The notes beneath the pieces were generated by a model. It saw only the letters and a list, made by a program, of their open reading frames with translations, was not told the origin of the DNA and searched no databases. Of a DNA stretch of 20,000 bases, positions 1 to 10,578 are shown piece after piece. Within the stretch, counting starts at the first letter, position 1. The number at the start of each line of letters is the position of its first letter. The position numbers were made by a program, and so were the translations under genes. Location: sequence record SRR22947727_2846; one strand, 5' to 3'.

Positions 1-472
1 GCGTGGCATGCAGCTCCGGTTGGAGATTGACAAGAACAACAACCGGGTGATCGCTGTCACGCTGGAGCACGATGGCTCGACCGTTCAATTGCAGCCGTTT
101 GCCGCTCCTCGCTCCAGCGGTCTGTGGCATGGAATTCGCGCCCAAATTATGGAGCAAGTTCGCAAGCAGGGCGGGACTGTTTCGGAGACAGAGGGTCCTT
201 TTGGTCCTGAGGTTTCGGCAAAAGTCCCTGTTCAGACTGGCGGGTCATTTGGCACCCGAAATGTTCGGTTTATCGGCGTCGATGGACCTCGATGGTTCCT
301 GCGAGCCGTCATTGGCGGTCCCGCAGCAACAAACCCAGAAGCAGCAGACATCATTCACTCCATGATCCGCCGTGTGGTGGTGGTTCGTGGGAATACCCCT
401 CTACCCCCAAGAGACTTACTTCCACTTCGTGTGCCACCCACAGGGGAGACACCCGGTGTGGAGGGTGCGTAA
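1..472 (+). CDS. DUF3710 family protein (5' truncated by window)
   Basis: Frame is open from the window start. Motifs QLQPFAAPRSSGLW and RFIGVDGPRWFLRAVI are typical of actinobacterial DUF3710 and it lies upstream of a DUF3159-like gene (recalled family knowledge, not searched). Confidence 0.85.
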   Translation, partial: RGMQLRLEIDKNNNRVIAVTLEHDGSTVQLQPFAAPRSSGLWHGIRAQIMEQVRKQGGTVSETEGPFGPEVSAKVPVQTGGSFGTRNVRFIGVDGPRWFLRAVIGGPAATNPEAADIIHSMIRRVVVVRGNTPLPPRDLLPLRVPPTGETPGVEGA

Positions 473-474
473 CC

Positions 475-1161
475 GTGGCTGAACCCCTCCCCGACGTGGC
501 AGGAACAGGCCACTTGCGGGTAACCGGTTTGGGTGCACTGACACCCGGTGAAACACCCACTGTCGATGCTCTGTGGTCGGCCGTGGGGAAAACGCGAGGG
601 CTTGTGGAGTCCCTGGCCCCAGGCCTTGGCTTCCTCATCACCTTCACTGTGACGGGAGAATTGGTCCCCTCCGTGACGGCACCAGTGGCGCTTTCGGTCG
701 TGTTCATTGTTGTTCGTCTTCTCCAGAAAACAGCCCTGATGCCCGCGGTCGCTGGCCTGATCGGTATTGGAGCGTCTGCAGGAATAGCGCTGTGGTCGGG
801 GCGAGCAGAAGACAATTTTCTGCTGGGTTTTGGCGCCAATGTATTGTGGCTGACCGCGTTGCTCATCTCGCTACTCATTCGGCGACCACTCTTGGGCTAC
901 CTCGCGGGGTCCCTGGCAGGGGATCCGCAATGGCGTGATCAACCCGGTACCAAGCACATTGCTGTCATTGCTACCTGGCTGTGGGCTGGCTTGTTTGCGC
1001 TTCGCCTGGTGGTGCAGGTGCCGCTCTACCTCTCGGCCTCAATTGGCGCCCTGGCGGCCGCGAAATTGATCATGGGTTTGCCCCTGTACGCAGCCTGGTT
1101 ATGGGTGACTTGGTTGCTGTATCGCGCGGTCTATGGCTCCAAGGCCAGCCCAGCGCGGTGA
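475..1161 (+). CDS. DUF3159 family membrane protein
   Basis: GTG at 475, 2 nt after the upstream TAA, with GAGGGT at 461-466. Several hydrophobic helices; motifs RGLVESLAPGLGF, RLVVQVPLY and KLIMGLPLYA. Confidence 0.8.
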   Translation: MAEPLPDVAGTGHLRVTGLGALTPGETPTVDALWSAVGKTRGLVESLAPGLGFLITFTVTGELVPSVTAPVALSVVFIVVRLLQKTALMPAVAGLIGIGASAGIALWSGRAEDNFLLGFGANVLWLTALLISLLIRRPLLGYLAGSLAGDPQWRDQPGTKHIAVIATWLWAGLFALRLVVQVPLYLSASIGALAAAKLIMGLPLYAAWLWVTWLLYRAVYGSKASPAR

Positions 1162-1186
1162 TAGTATTTATCTTGATGTAAAGATA
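1159..1186 (+). promoter_or_regulatory. Putative acnA promoter (extended -10 TGaTAGTAT, 1159-1167) and 18-bp palindromic operator TATCTTGATGTAAAGATA (1169-1186)
   Basis: AT-rich imperfect palindrome (14/18 positions self-complementary, TATCTT-N6-AAGATA) directly after a TGnTANNNT element. Resembles UrtR/TamR (MarR family) sites. Confidence 0.65.
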
Positions 1187-1215
1187 CCGCGGACAGCGGC
1201 AGGTGAGGAGTAATC

Positions 1216-3906
1216 GTGGGTTCACTCAACAGTTTCCAGGCCAAGGACACTTTGGCAGTCGGGGATCGTCAGTACGAGATCTTCCGCACTGATGCTGTCG
1301 AAGGACATGAGACGCTGCCTTTTAGCTTGAAGGTCCTGTTGGAGAACCTGTTGCGCACCGAAGATGGCGCGAACATCACCAAAGAGCAGATCCAGGCGCT
1401 CGGCAGCTGGGACGCCGCTGCAGAACCCTCCACCGAGATTCAATTCACCCCCGCACGTGTCGTGCTCCAAGACTTCACCGGTGTTCCCTGCATCGTGGAC
1501 CTCGCGACCATGCGTGAAGCCATTGTTGATCTTGGTGGCGACCCGAACAAAGTCAACCCACTTTCTCCCGCTGAGCTCGTGATTGACCACTCGGTCATTG
1601 CTGACCTCTTTGGCCAGCCAGATTCGTTCGAGCGCAACGTTGACATCGAATATGAACGCAACGGCGAGCGCTACCAGTTCTTGCGCTGGGGTCAAACGGC
1701 CTTCAATAACTTCAAGGTTGTGCCGCCCGGGACAGGTATCGTCCACCAGGTCAACATCGAAAACCTGGCCAAGGTCACCTACACCAAGGACATCGACGGC
1801 GTTACTCAAGCTTTCCCGGACACCTGTGTGGGAACTGACTCCCACACCACGATGGTTAATGGACTCGGTGTCCTCGGGTGGGGTGTGGGCGGTATTGAGG
1901 CCGAGGCTGCGATGCTCGGTCAACCTGTGTCGATGCTGATTCCTCGGGTTGTCGGTTTCAAGCTCAGCGGATCTATCCCCACCGGCGTTACCGCCACCGA
2001 TGTCGTACTCACCATCACGCAGATGCTCCGGGAGCACGGCGTGGTCGGGAAATTTGTCGAGTTCTATGGTGCTGGTGTCACGCAGGTGCCGTTGGCAAAC
2101 CGCGCGACCATTGGAAACATGAGCCCTGAGTTTGGCTCCACGGCCGCCATTTTCCCGGTGGACCAGGTCACGTTGGATTACTTGACTCTCACCGGTCGCA
2201 CGGCAGAACAAATTGCCTTGGTCGAGGCTTATTGCAAGGCCCAGGGGCTATGGCACGACCCAAGTGTCGAGCCTCGCTACTCCGAATACATGGAGCTCGA
2301 CCTCGCCACCGTGGCCCCGAGCATTGCCGGACCACGTCGTCCGCAGGATCGTATTGAACTCGACCACGCGCGTGATCAGTTCCATAAAGATTTGGAGAAC
2401 TTCCTTTCCGAAGAGACGGCGCGCTCTGAGGTCCCCGTCACACGCGGGACCGAGACTTTCGAGATTGCCAACGGTGCCGTCACGATCGCCGCCATCACGT
2501 CGTGCACGAACACGTCTAACCCCTCCGTCATGCTCGCCGCTGGTCTGCTCGCGAGGAACGCGGCGCTGAAGGGGTTGAAGTCAAAGCCCTGGGTGAAAAC
2601 CACGCTCGCTCCAGGCTCCAAAGTCGTCACTGATTACTACGAAAAAGCCGGACTGATGGACGACCTAGAGGCCCTCGGTTTCTACCTGGTCGGCTATGGC
2701 TGCACCACCTGTATCGGAAACTCTGGCCCCCTGGACGAGGAGATTTCCCAGGCTGTGAACGATCACGACTTGGCCGTGACTGCTGTTCTCTCGGGAAACC
2801 GAAACTTTGAAGGACGCATCAATCCCGACGTCAAGATGAACTACTTGGCGAGCCCCCCGCTTGTGATTGCCTATGCACTCGCGGGAACCATGGACTTCGA
2901 CTTCGACACTCAACCCCTGGGTCAAGACTCGGGCGGACAGGACGTTTTCCTGGCAGACATATGGCCAGACGCTGCCGAGGTGCAGGCGACCATTGATTCT
3001 TCGATCGATACCGAGATGTTCACCCGTCAATACAAGACGGTGTTTGACGGTGACGAACGCTGGCAATCGCTCCCCACCCCGACCGGTGACACCTTTGAGT
3101 GGAATGCCCAGTCCACCTATGTCCGAAAGCCCCCCTACTTCGAGGGAATGACCTTGGAGCCTTCCGCGGTGAGTGACATCTCGGGCGCGAGAGTTCTTGC
3201 GTTGCTCGGTGACTCGGTTACCACCGACCACATCTCGCCGGCAGGCTCGATCAAGGCCGATTCCCCCGCGGGACGTTACCTGAGTGACCACGGAATTGAC
3301 CGTCTGGATTTCAACTCCTACGGCTCGCGGCGCGGGAACCACGAGGTGATGATTCGTGGCACTTTCGCCAACATTCGCCTCAAGAATCTTTTGCTCGACG
3401 GTGTCGAGGGTGGATTCACTCGTGACTTCACCACCGAGTCGGGTGACCAGGCGTTCATTTACGACGCCGCCGAGAGCTACCGCGAAGCGGGCGTTCCGCT
3501 GGTAATCCTCGCTGGTAAGGAATACGGCTCTGGATCCTCCAGGGACTGGGCGGCAAAGGGTACGAACCTTTTGGGTGTGCGGGCAGTCGTTGCGGAGAGC
3601 TTCGAGCGCATTCACCGATCCAACTTGATCGGTATGGGTGTTGTTCCACTCCAGTTCCCTGCGGGTCAGAGCGCCTCATCGCTTGGCCTTGATGGCACTG
3701 AAGTTTTCAGTGTTGAAGGTATTACCACGCTCAATGATGGTGTCACCCCCTCAACCCTTCGAGTGGTGGCAGTGCCTAGTGAGCATTCAGCATCGGGACG
3801 AGAGGCCGTGAGCTTCGATGCCGTTGTTCGCATCGACACTCCTGCCGAGGCTGACTACTACCGCAACGGTGGGATCCTGCAATATGTCTTGAGGTCTTTG
3901 CTCTAA
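1216..3906 (+). CDS. acnA: Aconitate hydratase A
   Basis: 896 aa, GTG start with RBS GAGGAG. Motifs QDFTGVP, DHS, GTDSHT, Fe-S cysteines in [10 protein letters not shown] and [33 protein letters not shown]. Confidence 0.98.
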   Translation: MGSLNSFQAKDTLAVGDRQYEIFRTDAVEGHETLPFSLKVLLENLLRTEDGANITKEQIQALGSWDAAAEPSTEIQFTPARVVLQDFTGVPCIVDLATMREAIVDLGGDPNKVNPLSPAELVIDHSVIADLFGQPDSFERNVDIEYERNGERYQFLRWGQTAFNNFKVVPPGTGIVHQVNIENLAKVTYTKDIDGVTQAFPDTCVGTDSHTTMVNGLGVLGWGVGGIEAEAAMLGQPVSMLIPRVVGFKLSGSIPTGVTATDVVLTITQMLREHGVVGKFVEFYGAGVTQVPLANRATIGNMSPEFGSTAAIFPVDQVTLDYLTLTGRTAEQIALVEAYCKAQGLWHDPSVEPRYSEYMELDLATVAPSIAGPRRPQDRIELDHARDQFHKDLENFLSEETARSEVPVTRGTETFEIANGAVTIAAITSCTNTSNPSVMLAAGLLARNAALKGLKSKPWVKTTLAPGSKVVTDYYEKAGLMDDLEALGFYLVGYGCTTCIGNSGPLDEEISQAVNDHDLAVTAVLSGNRNFEGRINPDVKMNYLASPPLVIAYALAGTMDFDFDTQPLGQDSGGQDVFLADIWPDAAEVQATIDSSIDTEMFTRQYKTVFDGDERWQSLPTPTGDTFEWNAQSTYVRKPPYFEGMTLEPSAVSDISGARVLALLGDSVTTDHISPAGSIKADSPAGRYLSDHGIDRLDFNSYGSRRGNHEVMIRGTFANIRLKNLLLDGVEGGFTRDFTTESGDQAFIYDAAESYREAGVPLVILAGKEYGSGSSRDWAAKGTNLLGVRAVVAESFERIHRSNLIGMGVVPLQFPAGQSASSLGLDGTEVFSVEGITTLNDGVTPSTLRVVAVPSEHSASGREAVSFDAVVRIDTPAEADYYRNGGILQYVLRSLL

Positions 3907-3908
3907 GC

Positions 3909-3949
3909 GAGGTCCCAGTTTTCTGGTGAGTGTCATCAGAGAACACCTC
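3909..3949 (+). terminator. Hairpin after acnA (probable intrinsic terminator without U-tract)
   Basis: GTTTTCTGGTGA (3918-3929) pairs with TCATCAGAGAAC (3933-3944) as a 12-bp stem with two G-U pairs on the + transcript. It can be extended by GAGGT/ACCTC. Confidence 0.55.
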
Positions 3950-3962
3950 ATAGAGTGTAGAT

Positions 3963-5924
3963 ATGGCACTTCTCGATGCGATTAATTCGCCTGCGGACCT
4001 CAAGAAGCTCTCTGGTACGCAGCTCGATGAGCTTGCGGCAGAGATCCGCTCATTCCTCATCGAGGAAGTATCGAGAACCGGCGGTCACCTGGGACCGAAC
4101 CTTGGCGTTGTTGAACTGACCATCGCCTTACACCGGGTCTTTGATTCGCCTCGGGATCCCTTCATTTGGGACACCGGGCATCAGTCCTATGTTCACAAAA
4201 TTCTGACAGGTCGTAAAGACTTTTCGGCTCTTCGCCAGAAGGGTGGCCTCGCCGGTTACCCTCAGCGCAGCGAATCGGAGCACGACATCGTCGAAAGCTC
4301 CCACGCGTCGAGCTCGTTGAGCTGGGCAGAAGGAATCTCTCGCGCATTCCAGATGCAGCATGAAGAAGACCGCTTTGTTGTTGCGGTGGTGGGGGATGGC
4401 TCACTGACCGGAGGCATGACGTGGGAGGCGCTCAACAACATCTCACACGACAATGAGCGAAACCTCATCATCGTCGTGAATGACAATGGGCGCTCCTATG
4501 CGCCGACCATTGGCGGGATGGCCAGGTTCCTCTCTGATGTTCGTTCTCGCAGCTCCTACCGGGCCTTCAAGAGCGGCACTGAGCGTTTCTTGTCGCTGTT
4601 CGGGATGCCCGGTAAAGCGTTGTATCGCGGTCTTCGTGGTGGAACCCGAGGGTTTCTCTCCCGTTTTGCCAACAATGAGGATCTCTACTCGAACCTGGAC
4701 ATCAAGTACTTAGGTCCGGTAGATGGGCACAACATCGAAGATGTCGAGCGAGTCTTGCAGCAGGCCAAAGATCGCAGCGCTCCCGTGATTGTGCATGTGA
4801 TTACGGAAAAAGGTCGTGGTTATGCACCCGCTCGGAATGATGAGGCAGACCAGTTCCACGCGGTGGGACAAATTGACCCGCTGACTGGTGAGGCCAGAGA
4901 ATCCTCCGACGCGGTTTCGTGGACCCAGGTGTTCTCCCAGGAGATGGTGACCCTCGCCGATCGCAACGACAAAATTGTCGGTATCACTGCTGCCATGTTG
5001 CGCCCCACAGGTCTTCATCAGATGGCGGCAAAGTATCCCGATCGTGTGCTGGATGTAGGTATTGCGGAGCAGCACGCCGTGGCGAGCGCTGCAGGTCTCG
5101 CCTATGGCGGAATGCACCCCGTTGTTGCCGTCTATGCGACCTTTATCAACAGAGCTTTCGATCAGGTCCTCATGGATGTCGCGCTGCATAGCGCTGGAGT
5201 GACGTTTGTGCTGGACCGTGCCGGTGTGACAGGCCCCGATGGCCCCAGCCACCATGGCATGTGGGATCTCTCCATCCTGCAGGTTGTCCCTCGCATCCGC
5301 ATTGCCGCACCTCGCGATGCTAAGCGACTGCGGGAAGAGCTTGGCGAAGCTGTCGCCATTGATAACGCACCTACCGTGGTGCGTTTCCCCAAGGGTTCCG
5401 TGTCGCCCGAGATTGAGGCGGTTCGACGAACGGCAGACGGCGTTGACGTCATGGCCGAAGCCGCCCATAAAGACGTTCTCCTCGTTGCAGTCGGCCCTAT
5501 GGTCCACATGGCGATGGAGATCCGCGAGAGGCTCGCGGCCCAGGGAATTGGTGCCACGGTCGTCGATCCGCGCTGGGTAATCCCGGTGGCCTCCAGCATT
5601 ATCGATCTTGCTCGCGACCACCGCATCGTTGCGAGCATCGAGGATGGAATCCGGGTTGGGGGAGTGGGAACGCGTATTCGCCAAGAGCTTCGCGCAGCTG
5701 GCGTGGACACGGCGGTGGACGAAATTGGTCTACCTGACGAGTTCCTCGATCACGCCTCGCGTGGTGAAATTCTCGAGGACGCTGGCCTCACCTCGCAGCA
5801 CATTGCGAGGAATCTTGTCGCGCAGGTTCTAGGAATGAAAGTCCCTGTTGCCAGGCCTCTTCCCGCCGAGGGCGACACGAATGACAGCATCCGGGAAGCC
5901 TCAGAGGCAGACGGTAAGGCCTAG
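3963..5924 (+). CDS. dxs: 1-deoxy-D-xylulose-5-phosphate synthase
   Basis: 653 aa. GGHLGPNLGVVELT, WDTGHQSYVHK, TPP motif GDGSLTGG...NDN, GIAEQHA, DRAGVTGPDGPSHHG. Confidence 0.97.
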   Translation: MALLDAINSPADLKKLSGTQLDELAAEIRSFLIEEVSRTGGHLGPNLGVVELTIALHRVFDSPRDPFIWDTGHQSYVHKILTGRKDFSALRQKGGLAGYPQRSESEHDIVESSHASSSLSWAEGISRAFQMQHEEDRFVVAVVGDGSLTGGMTWEALNNISHDNERNLIIVVNDNGRSYAPTIGGMARFLSDVRSRSSYRAFKSGTERFLSLFGMPGKALYRGLRGGTRGFLSRFANNEDLYSNLDIKYLGPVDGHNIEDVERVLQQAKDRSAPVIVHVITEKGRGYAPARNDEADQFHAVGQIDPLTGEARESSDAVSWTQVFSQEMVTLADRNDKIVGITAAMLRPTGLHQMAAKYPDRVLDVGIAEQHAVASAAGLAYGGMHPVVAVYATFINRAFDQVLMDVALHSAGVTFVLDRAGVTGPDGPSHHGMWDLSILQVVPRIRIAAPRDAKRLREELGEAVAIDNAPTVVRFPKGSVSPEIEAVRRTADGVDVMAEAAHKDVLLVAVGPMVHMAMEIRERLAAQGIGATVVDPRWVIPVASSIIDLARDHRIVASIEDGIRVGGVGTRIRQELRAAGVDTAVDEIGLPDEFLDHASRGEILEDAGLTSQHIARNLVAQVLGMKVPVARPLPAEGDTNDSIREASEADGKA

Positions 5925-8071
5925 CTCACTCCCTTGATGGGAGGGGTGTGGAAAGTCTTTCCCCGCACCTTCTCGCTTGCGCCCACGCGATCGAGGAATG
6001 GCGTGAGCCCTCCCATGTGGAAAGGCCACCCTGCTCCCAGAATCATGGCTACGTCAATGTCCTCGGGCCCCTCGACAACGCCTTCATCGAGCATTCTCCC
6101 GACCTCATCCGCTAGACCGTCATACACTCGTGCCTTCAGCTCTTCGGCGCTGTAGCCGGGTCCTGCACCGATAAGACCCTGGGCGAACGAGCTCACCCCG
6201 GTGACTTTTTTCTTCGCGTCGCGATCGTAGATTCGACCGTGATCCACGAGCTTCCGCAACGCTTCGCTGGCGAAGAATCGCTCGGGAAACGCGCCGTGGT
6301 GGGTGTCCAGCACATGGGCGCCGACTTGGAGGCCGACCAGCTCCAGCAGAGCGAAAGGGCCCATCGGGAGCCCGAGGGGCGCTACCGATTCATCGACAAC
6401 TTCATACGGGGTGCCTGTCTCGATGGCGTGCATGGCCTCACCCAGCAGTTTTGCCAGCAACCTGTTGACCACAAAGCCGGTGGTGTCTGCGGTGACAATG
6501 GCTGTCTTGCGAAGTTTGTTCACCAGCGAGACCCCTGTTGCGATAGCAGCGTCAGAGGACTTCTCGGCCTTGACGACCTCCACGAGGGGCATCACGGCGA
6601 CGGGGTTGAAGAAGTGAATGCCGACCATGCGTTCGGGGTGCTTCAACACTGACGCGATGTCACCAATGGAGAGCGAGGAAGTGTTAGACGCGAGGATGGC
6701 CTCCGGGGTGACGTGCTTCTCCAGTTCCTGGAAGACCTCTCGCTTGACCCCTATCTCCTCAAACACAGCTTCGATGACAAGGTCGCACGACGCGAAGTCC
6801 GCCATAGAGGTTGTCCCGTGGACTAACCCACGAAGCTTGTTCGCGGTGTCGGAGTGCAGACGTCCTTTGTCCAGGAGAGTGGTGATTTCACCCTCCATCC
6901 AGGAAACAGCGTCCTTGACGCGCTCTTCTGAGATGTCGCTAATAACCACGGGTACCTCGAGGCGACGAAGAATCTGGAAAGCGAACTGACGTGCCATCAG
7001 CCCGCCACCCACAACCCCCACCTTCGTAATAGGCCGCGCGTGCTCGCGATCCGGAGCCCCGGGAGTTACCTTGGCTCTTTTCTGAGTCAACATGAAAGCG
7101 TAAACACTCGCGCGGAACTGATCGCCCGCAATCAGCTCGGCAAGGACGTCGTCCTCGGCGGCAAAACCCTGGGCCTTCGTAGCCGACTTTGCTCCGGCGA
7201 GCAGATCGAGTGCCGCGTAGGGAGATTTGGCGACGGTGCCGATACGCTCGCGCAACATTTTGCGGGCGGTGTTGACCGCGATAGGCCAGACTGTCGTGCG
7301 CTCGAGTGTGCTCGGCTGATGGGGTCGCTTGACCTTTCGTGTGCCCGCAACCACTTCATCGGCGAAGGCGATTGAATCCTCGAGGAATCGGGCTGCCGGG
7401 AACATTGCGTCGGCAATACCCATCTCCAGAGCTTGCTCTGGCTTCAGCGTCCGATTCATTTTCAGAGGGTTTTCCACCATCACTGTCAGTGCGTTCTTGA
7501 TTCCAATGAGGTTGGGCAGTAGCCAAGCCCCTCCCCATCCCGGGATGAGACCCAAGAACACTTCCGGCAGAGCGAGTGCGGCGGCACTCGCTGAAACTGT
7601 GCGGTAATCGGCGTTGAGCGCCACTTCGAGCCCGCCACCGAGAGCTAACCCGTTGATGAAGCAGAATGAGGGGACACCCATTTCACCCAGCAGCCCGAGC
7701 GTTTGATGGCCAAGCTTCACCATGAGCACGCCAGTGTCCTTGTCGGGAATGTCGCCGACCTTGGACAGGTCTGCTCCGGCCGCGAGGATGAAGGGGCTAC
7801 CGGTTATCGCAACCGCTTGAATAGCTCCCTGTGAGGCTTGCTGCTGGAGACCCAGCAGGGTATCGCGCAGTTCGACGAGGCCCTGGGGGCCGAGCGTGTT
7901 GGGCCTGGTGTGGTCTTTTCCATTGTCGAGCGTGACCAGAGCAAGAGTTCCTTTAGCCCGGGCGAGTGGAATGTGTCGAACGTAGCTGTGGGTGACGACC
8001 TCGTCCTTGGCGTGCGCTACCAGAGGGGAGAAATCGACACCGTCATACTGTGCCACCGCGCTCTTGGCCAT
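5921..8071 (-). CDS. fadB: Fatty acid oxidation multifunctional enzyme alpha subunit (enoyl-CoA hydratase / 3-hydroxyacyl-CoA dehydrogenase)
   Basis: ATG at 8071 overlaps the thiolase stop (TAATG). Crotonase motifs AAGADL, ALGGGLE, LPEVFLGLIPGWGG; NAD-binding GVVGGGLMA; ASNTSSL; HFFNPV. Confidence 0.92.
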   Translation of the reverse strand: MAKSAVAQYDGVDFSPLVAHAKDEVVTHSYVRHIPLARAKGTLALVTLDNGKDHTRPNTLGPQGLVELRDTLLGLQQQASQGAIQAVAITGSPFILAAGADLSKVGDIPDKDTGVLMVKLGHQTLGLLGEMGVPSFCFINGLALGGGLEVALNADYRTVSASAAALALPEVFLGLIPGWGGAWLLPNLIGIKNALTVMVENPLKMNRTLKPEQALEMGIADAMFPAARFLEDSIAFADEVVAGTRKVKRPHQPSTLERTTVWPIAVNTARKMLRERIGTVAKSPYAALDLLAGAKSATKAQGFAAEDDVLAELIAGDQFRASVYAFMLTQKRAKVTPGAPDREHARPITKVGVVGGGLMARQFAFQILRRLEVPVVISDISEERVKDAVSWMEGEITTLLDKGRLHSDTANKLRGLVHGTTSMADFASCDLVIEAVFEEIGVKREVFQELEKHVTPEAILASNTSSLSIGDIASVLKHPERMVGIHFFNPVAVMPLVEVVKAEKSSDAAIATGVSLVNKLRKTAIVTADTTGFVVNRLLAKLLGEAMHAIETGTPYEVVDESVAPLGLPMGPFALLELVGLQVGAHVLDTHHGAFPERFFASEALRKLVDHGRIYDRDAKKKVTGVSSFAQGLIGAGPGYSAEELKARVYDGLADEVGRMLDEGVVEGPEDIDVAMILGAGWPFHMGGLTPFLDRVGASEKVRGKTFHTPPIKGVS

Positions 8072-9264
8072 TACTTCGCTCCCTTGTAGTGCGGGTTCTC
8101 CCAGATAACGGTGCCACCCTGCCCCAGACCCACACACATGGCGGTCAGGCCGTAGCGAACCTCGGGGTGCATCTCAAACTGGCGCGCGAGCTGGATCATT
8201 AGGCGAACTCCCGATGCAGCGAGAGGGTGGCCAAGCGCAATAGCGCCTCCCCACGGATTCACACGGGGGTCATCATCGGCGATGCCAAAGTGGTCTAGGA
8301 GGCTTAACACCTGAACGGCAAAGGCCTCATTGAGCTCGAAGAGCCCAATGTCCTCGATGCTCAATCCCGACTTCGCAAGTGCTTTTTCGGTGGAAGGAAT
8401 AGGGCCTATTCCCATGACCTCGGGCTCGACGCCGGCAAACCCGAAAGACACCATCCGCATCTTCACCGTGAGTCCCAGCTCGCGCGCGACGTCCGCCGAG
8501 GCGAGAGCAGCCACTGTGGCCCCATCGGTCAAGGGGGAGGCGTTACCTGCGGTGACTTTGCCATGCGGGCGGAAAGGAGTCTTCAGGTCAGCGAGAGCGT
8601 CCATCGTGGTGGTCGGCCTGCGACCCTCGTCCTCGGTTGCCATCCCGTAACCCTCGTCACTAGGAAGTGCAACGGGAATGAGGTCAGGTTGAATGTGTCC
8701 TGCCTGGTAAGCGGCCTCCACTTTCTGCTGAGAGAGCATGCCGAAACGGTCGGCGCGCTCTTTGGTGAGCTCGGGGAAGCGATCATGAAGACGCTCGGCG
8801 GTGATGCCCATGTTGAGGGCATCGGGGCTCACGAGTTTCTCCGCTAAGAACCGAGGGTTGGGATCAATGTCTCTCCCGAGGGGGTGACGTCCCATGTGCT
8901 CAACTCCACCGGCGAGTGCGATGTCGTAGGCACCAGCAGCAATCCCCCCGGCCAGGGTCGTCACAGCCGTCATGGCGCCCGCGCACATGCGGTCAATCGC
9001 GAAGCCCGGAACGCTCTGGGGGAGTCCGGCGAGGATGGCTGCTGTTCGACCTAAGGTCAGACCTTGGTCGCCCTCCTGGGTGGTTGCCGCAATGGCAACG
9101 TCGTCAATCCGATCACCGGGTATCTGCGGGTTACGCTTCAGAAGACCAATGATGGCCGAGACAATCATGTCGTCCGCGCGGGTCTTCCAATACATTCCCT
9201 TCTCACCTGCACGACCAAAGGGGGTGCGAACACCATCAACGAAAACGACCTGGTTTCCCTGCAT
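8071..9264 (-). CDS. fadA: Acetyl-CoA acyltransferase (thiolase), beta subunit
   Basis: ATG at 9264 with GGAAGG 6 nt upstream. Catalytic motifs DRMCAGAM, NEAF, GHPLAASG, MCVGLGQG. Confidence 0.93.
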   Translation of the reverse strand: MQGNQVVFVDGVRTPFGRAGEKGMYWKTRADDMIVSAIIGLLKRNPQIPGDRIDDVAIAATTQEGDQGLTLGRTAAILAGLPQSVPGFAIDRMCAGAMTAVTTLAGGIAAGAYDIALAGGVEHMGRHPLGRDIDPNPRFLAEKLVSPDALNMGITAERLHDRFPELTKERADRFGMLSQQKVEAAYQAGHIQPDLIPVALPSDEGYGMATEDEGRRPTTTMDALADLKTPFRPHGKVTAGNASPLTDGATVAALASADVARELGLTVKMRMVSFGFAGVEPEVMGIGPIPSTEKALAKSGLSIEDIGLFELNEAFAVQVLSLLDHFGIADDDPRVNPWGGAIALGHPLAASGVRLMIQLARQFEMHPEVRYGLTAMCVGLGQGGTVIWENPHYKGAK

Positions 9265-9333
9265 CACAAACCTTCCATTCGGTCCTCCCATGCTAGGAGT
9301 ACGGCGAACTCTTTTCGACCTGGTGAGGGTGCT

Positions 9334-10578
9334 CTACGACTGAGGTGCTTGTGTGGACGGCTGGGTTTGGCGGGCTTCCACAAAGGCGGTGTTCAGCGCC
9401 TCCGCCACCAGAGATATTTGCCACGGCCTGGCTCCCTTGTCGAGCAAGGCCGCGGAGATTGATTCAGTGGTGGCGGGGTGTGGCGGCTCCCAGCACAGGC
9501 GACGTAGGTAGTCCGGTGTGAGGAGGTTTTCCACGGGGATAGTCGTCTCTGCCGATACCTGCGCCAAAGCCTCCCTCGCGGCACTCATGCGAGCGGCTGC
9601 TTCAGGATTGCGATCTGGCCACACGCGCGGTGGTGGTGGCCCTTCTGACGGCGCTCTCGTATCGGGCAGGTCTTCGGTGGTGCGACCACGCTCCATGGCA
9701 GCCCACCACCGTGGCAGTTCGGAGCGACTGGCACGCCCATGGAATTCCTTCAGTCCCGCAAGCTCGGCCTTAGAAGAAGGATTTGCGAGCACGGCTGCGA
9801 TGAGGGATCGGTCAGGCACGAGACGCCCAGGGGCGCGATCGGAGGTCTCCGCTAGCTCTTCGCGAGCCAGCCAAAGCTCCCGCGCGATGGCGAGGGCCCT
9901 GGGGCCTCGGACCTGGTGGAGCCCAGAGAGCCGCCGCCAGGGCTCTGTTCGCGGGCGAGCTGGAGTGAGGGAGAGCTGAGCCTGGAACTCCTCCTGTGCG
10001 AGGTCCCACTTACCGGCCTCACTCAGAATCCGAGCAATTTCATCGCGTATCCGGGGCAGTAGTTCAACATCTAAGGCCGCGTAGGTAAGCCATTCCGGGG
10101 GGAGAGGCCTGGTGGACCAGTCTGCGGCTGAGTGCTCCTTCGCAAGAGAGAGACCGAGGATGTCTTCGACGACACCTTGCAACCCCACTTTGGGAAGCCC
10201 CGCAAGTCGAGCACCCAACTCAGTATCGAACAGTGTTTGCGGCTCGACACCCACTTCCCGAAGGCACGCGAGATCTTGGTGCGCCGCGTGAATGATCCAT
10301 TCTTGATCGCCCAAAGTGTGGGTGATCTCACTGAGGCTACCGAGCGCTATGGGGTCGATGAGGTAGTTAGCCGAACCGGTGCGGTGAACTTGCACGAGGT
10401 AGGCACGGGATGAGTACCGAAACCCACTGGCTCGCTCAGCATCCAGCGCGAGTGGACCCTCTCCTGCAAGCAGATCATCGAGTGCACGGTGAAAATCGGT
10501 GGAATCTTCGACCAGCACCACCGGAGCAAGGGGAGTAGCGAGCGGGAGTGGCTGAGCTTCCGGGGCGTCCTCCGTCAT
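9334..10578 (-). CDS. rnd: Ribonuclease D (DEDDy 3'-5' exonuclease with HRDC domain)
   Basis: ATG at 10578 overlaps the DUF3000 stop (ATGA). Motifs LDAERASGFRY, HAAHQDL, DWSTRPLP, YAALDVE; C-terminal HRDC-like region (LWLARE...DRAPGRLVPD). Confidence 0.9.
   Translation of the reverse strand: MTEDAPEAQPLPLATPLAPVVLVEDSTDFHRALDDLLAGEGPLALDAERASGFRYSSRAYLVQVHRTGSANYLIDPIALGSLSEITHTLGDQEWIIHAAHQDLACLREVGVEPQTLFDTELGARLAGLPKVGLQGVVEDILGLSLAKEHSAADWSTRPLPPEWLTYAALDVELLPRIRDEIARILSEAGKWDLAQEEFQAQLSLTPARPRTEPWRRLSGLHQVRGPRALAIARELWLAREELAETSDRAPGRLVPDRSLIAAVLANPSSKAELAGLKEFHGRASRSELPRWWAAMERGRTTEDLPDTRAPSEGPPPPRVWPDRNPEAAARMSAAREALAQVSAETTIPVENLLTPDYLRRLCWEPPHPATTESISAALLDKGARPWQISLVAEALNTAFVEARQTQPSTQAPQS

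Noticed and set aside
292..474. Upstream extensions in the ORF track (DUF3159 from 292, fadB 8137, rnd 10647, RibD-like 11978, amtB 15915, lysE 17220)
   Set aside because: Better starts exist with an RBS, translational coupling or a leaderless -10.
1222..3615. Long antisense ORFs (329 and 316 aa) opposite acnA; similar ones lie opposite dxs (4710-5684) and amtB (16086-17129)
   Set aside because: These are shadow ORFs expected from GC-rich codon bias on well-conserved genes, with no recognisable motifs.
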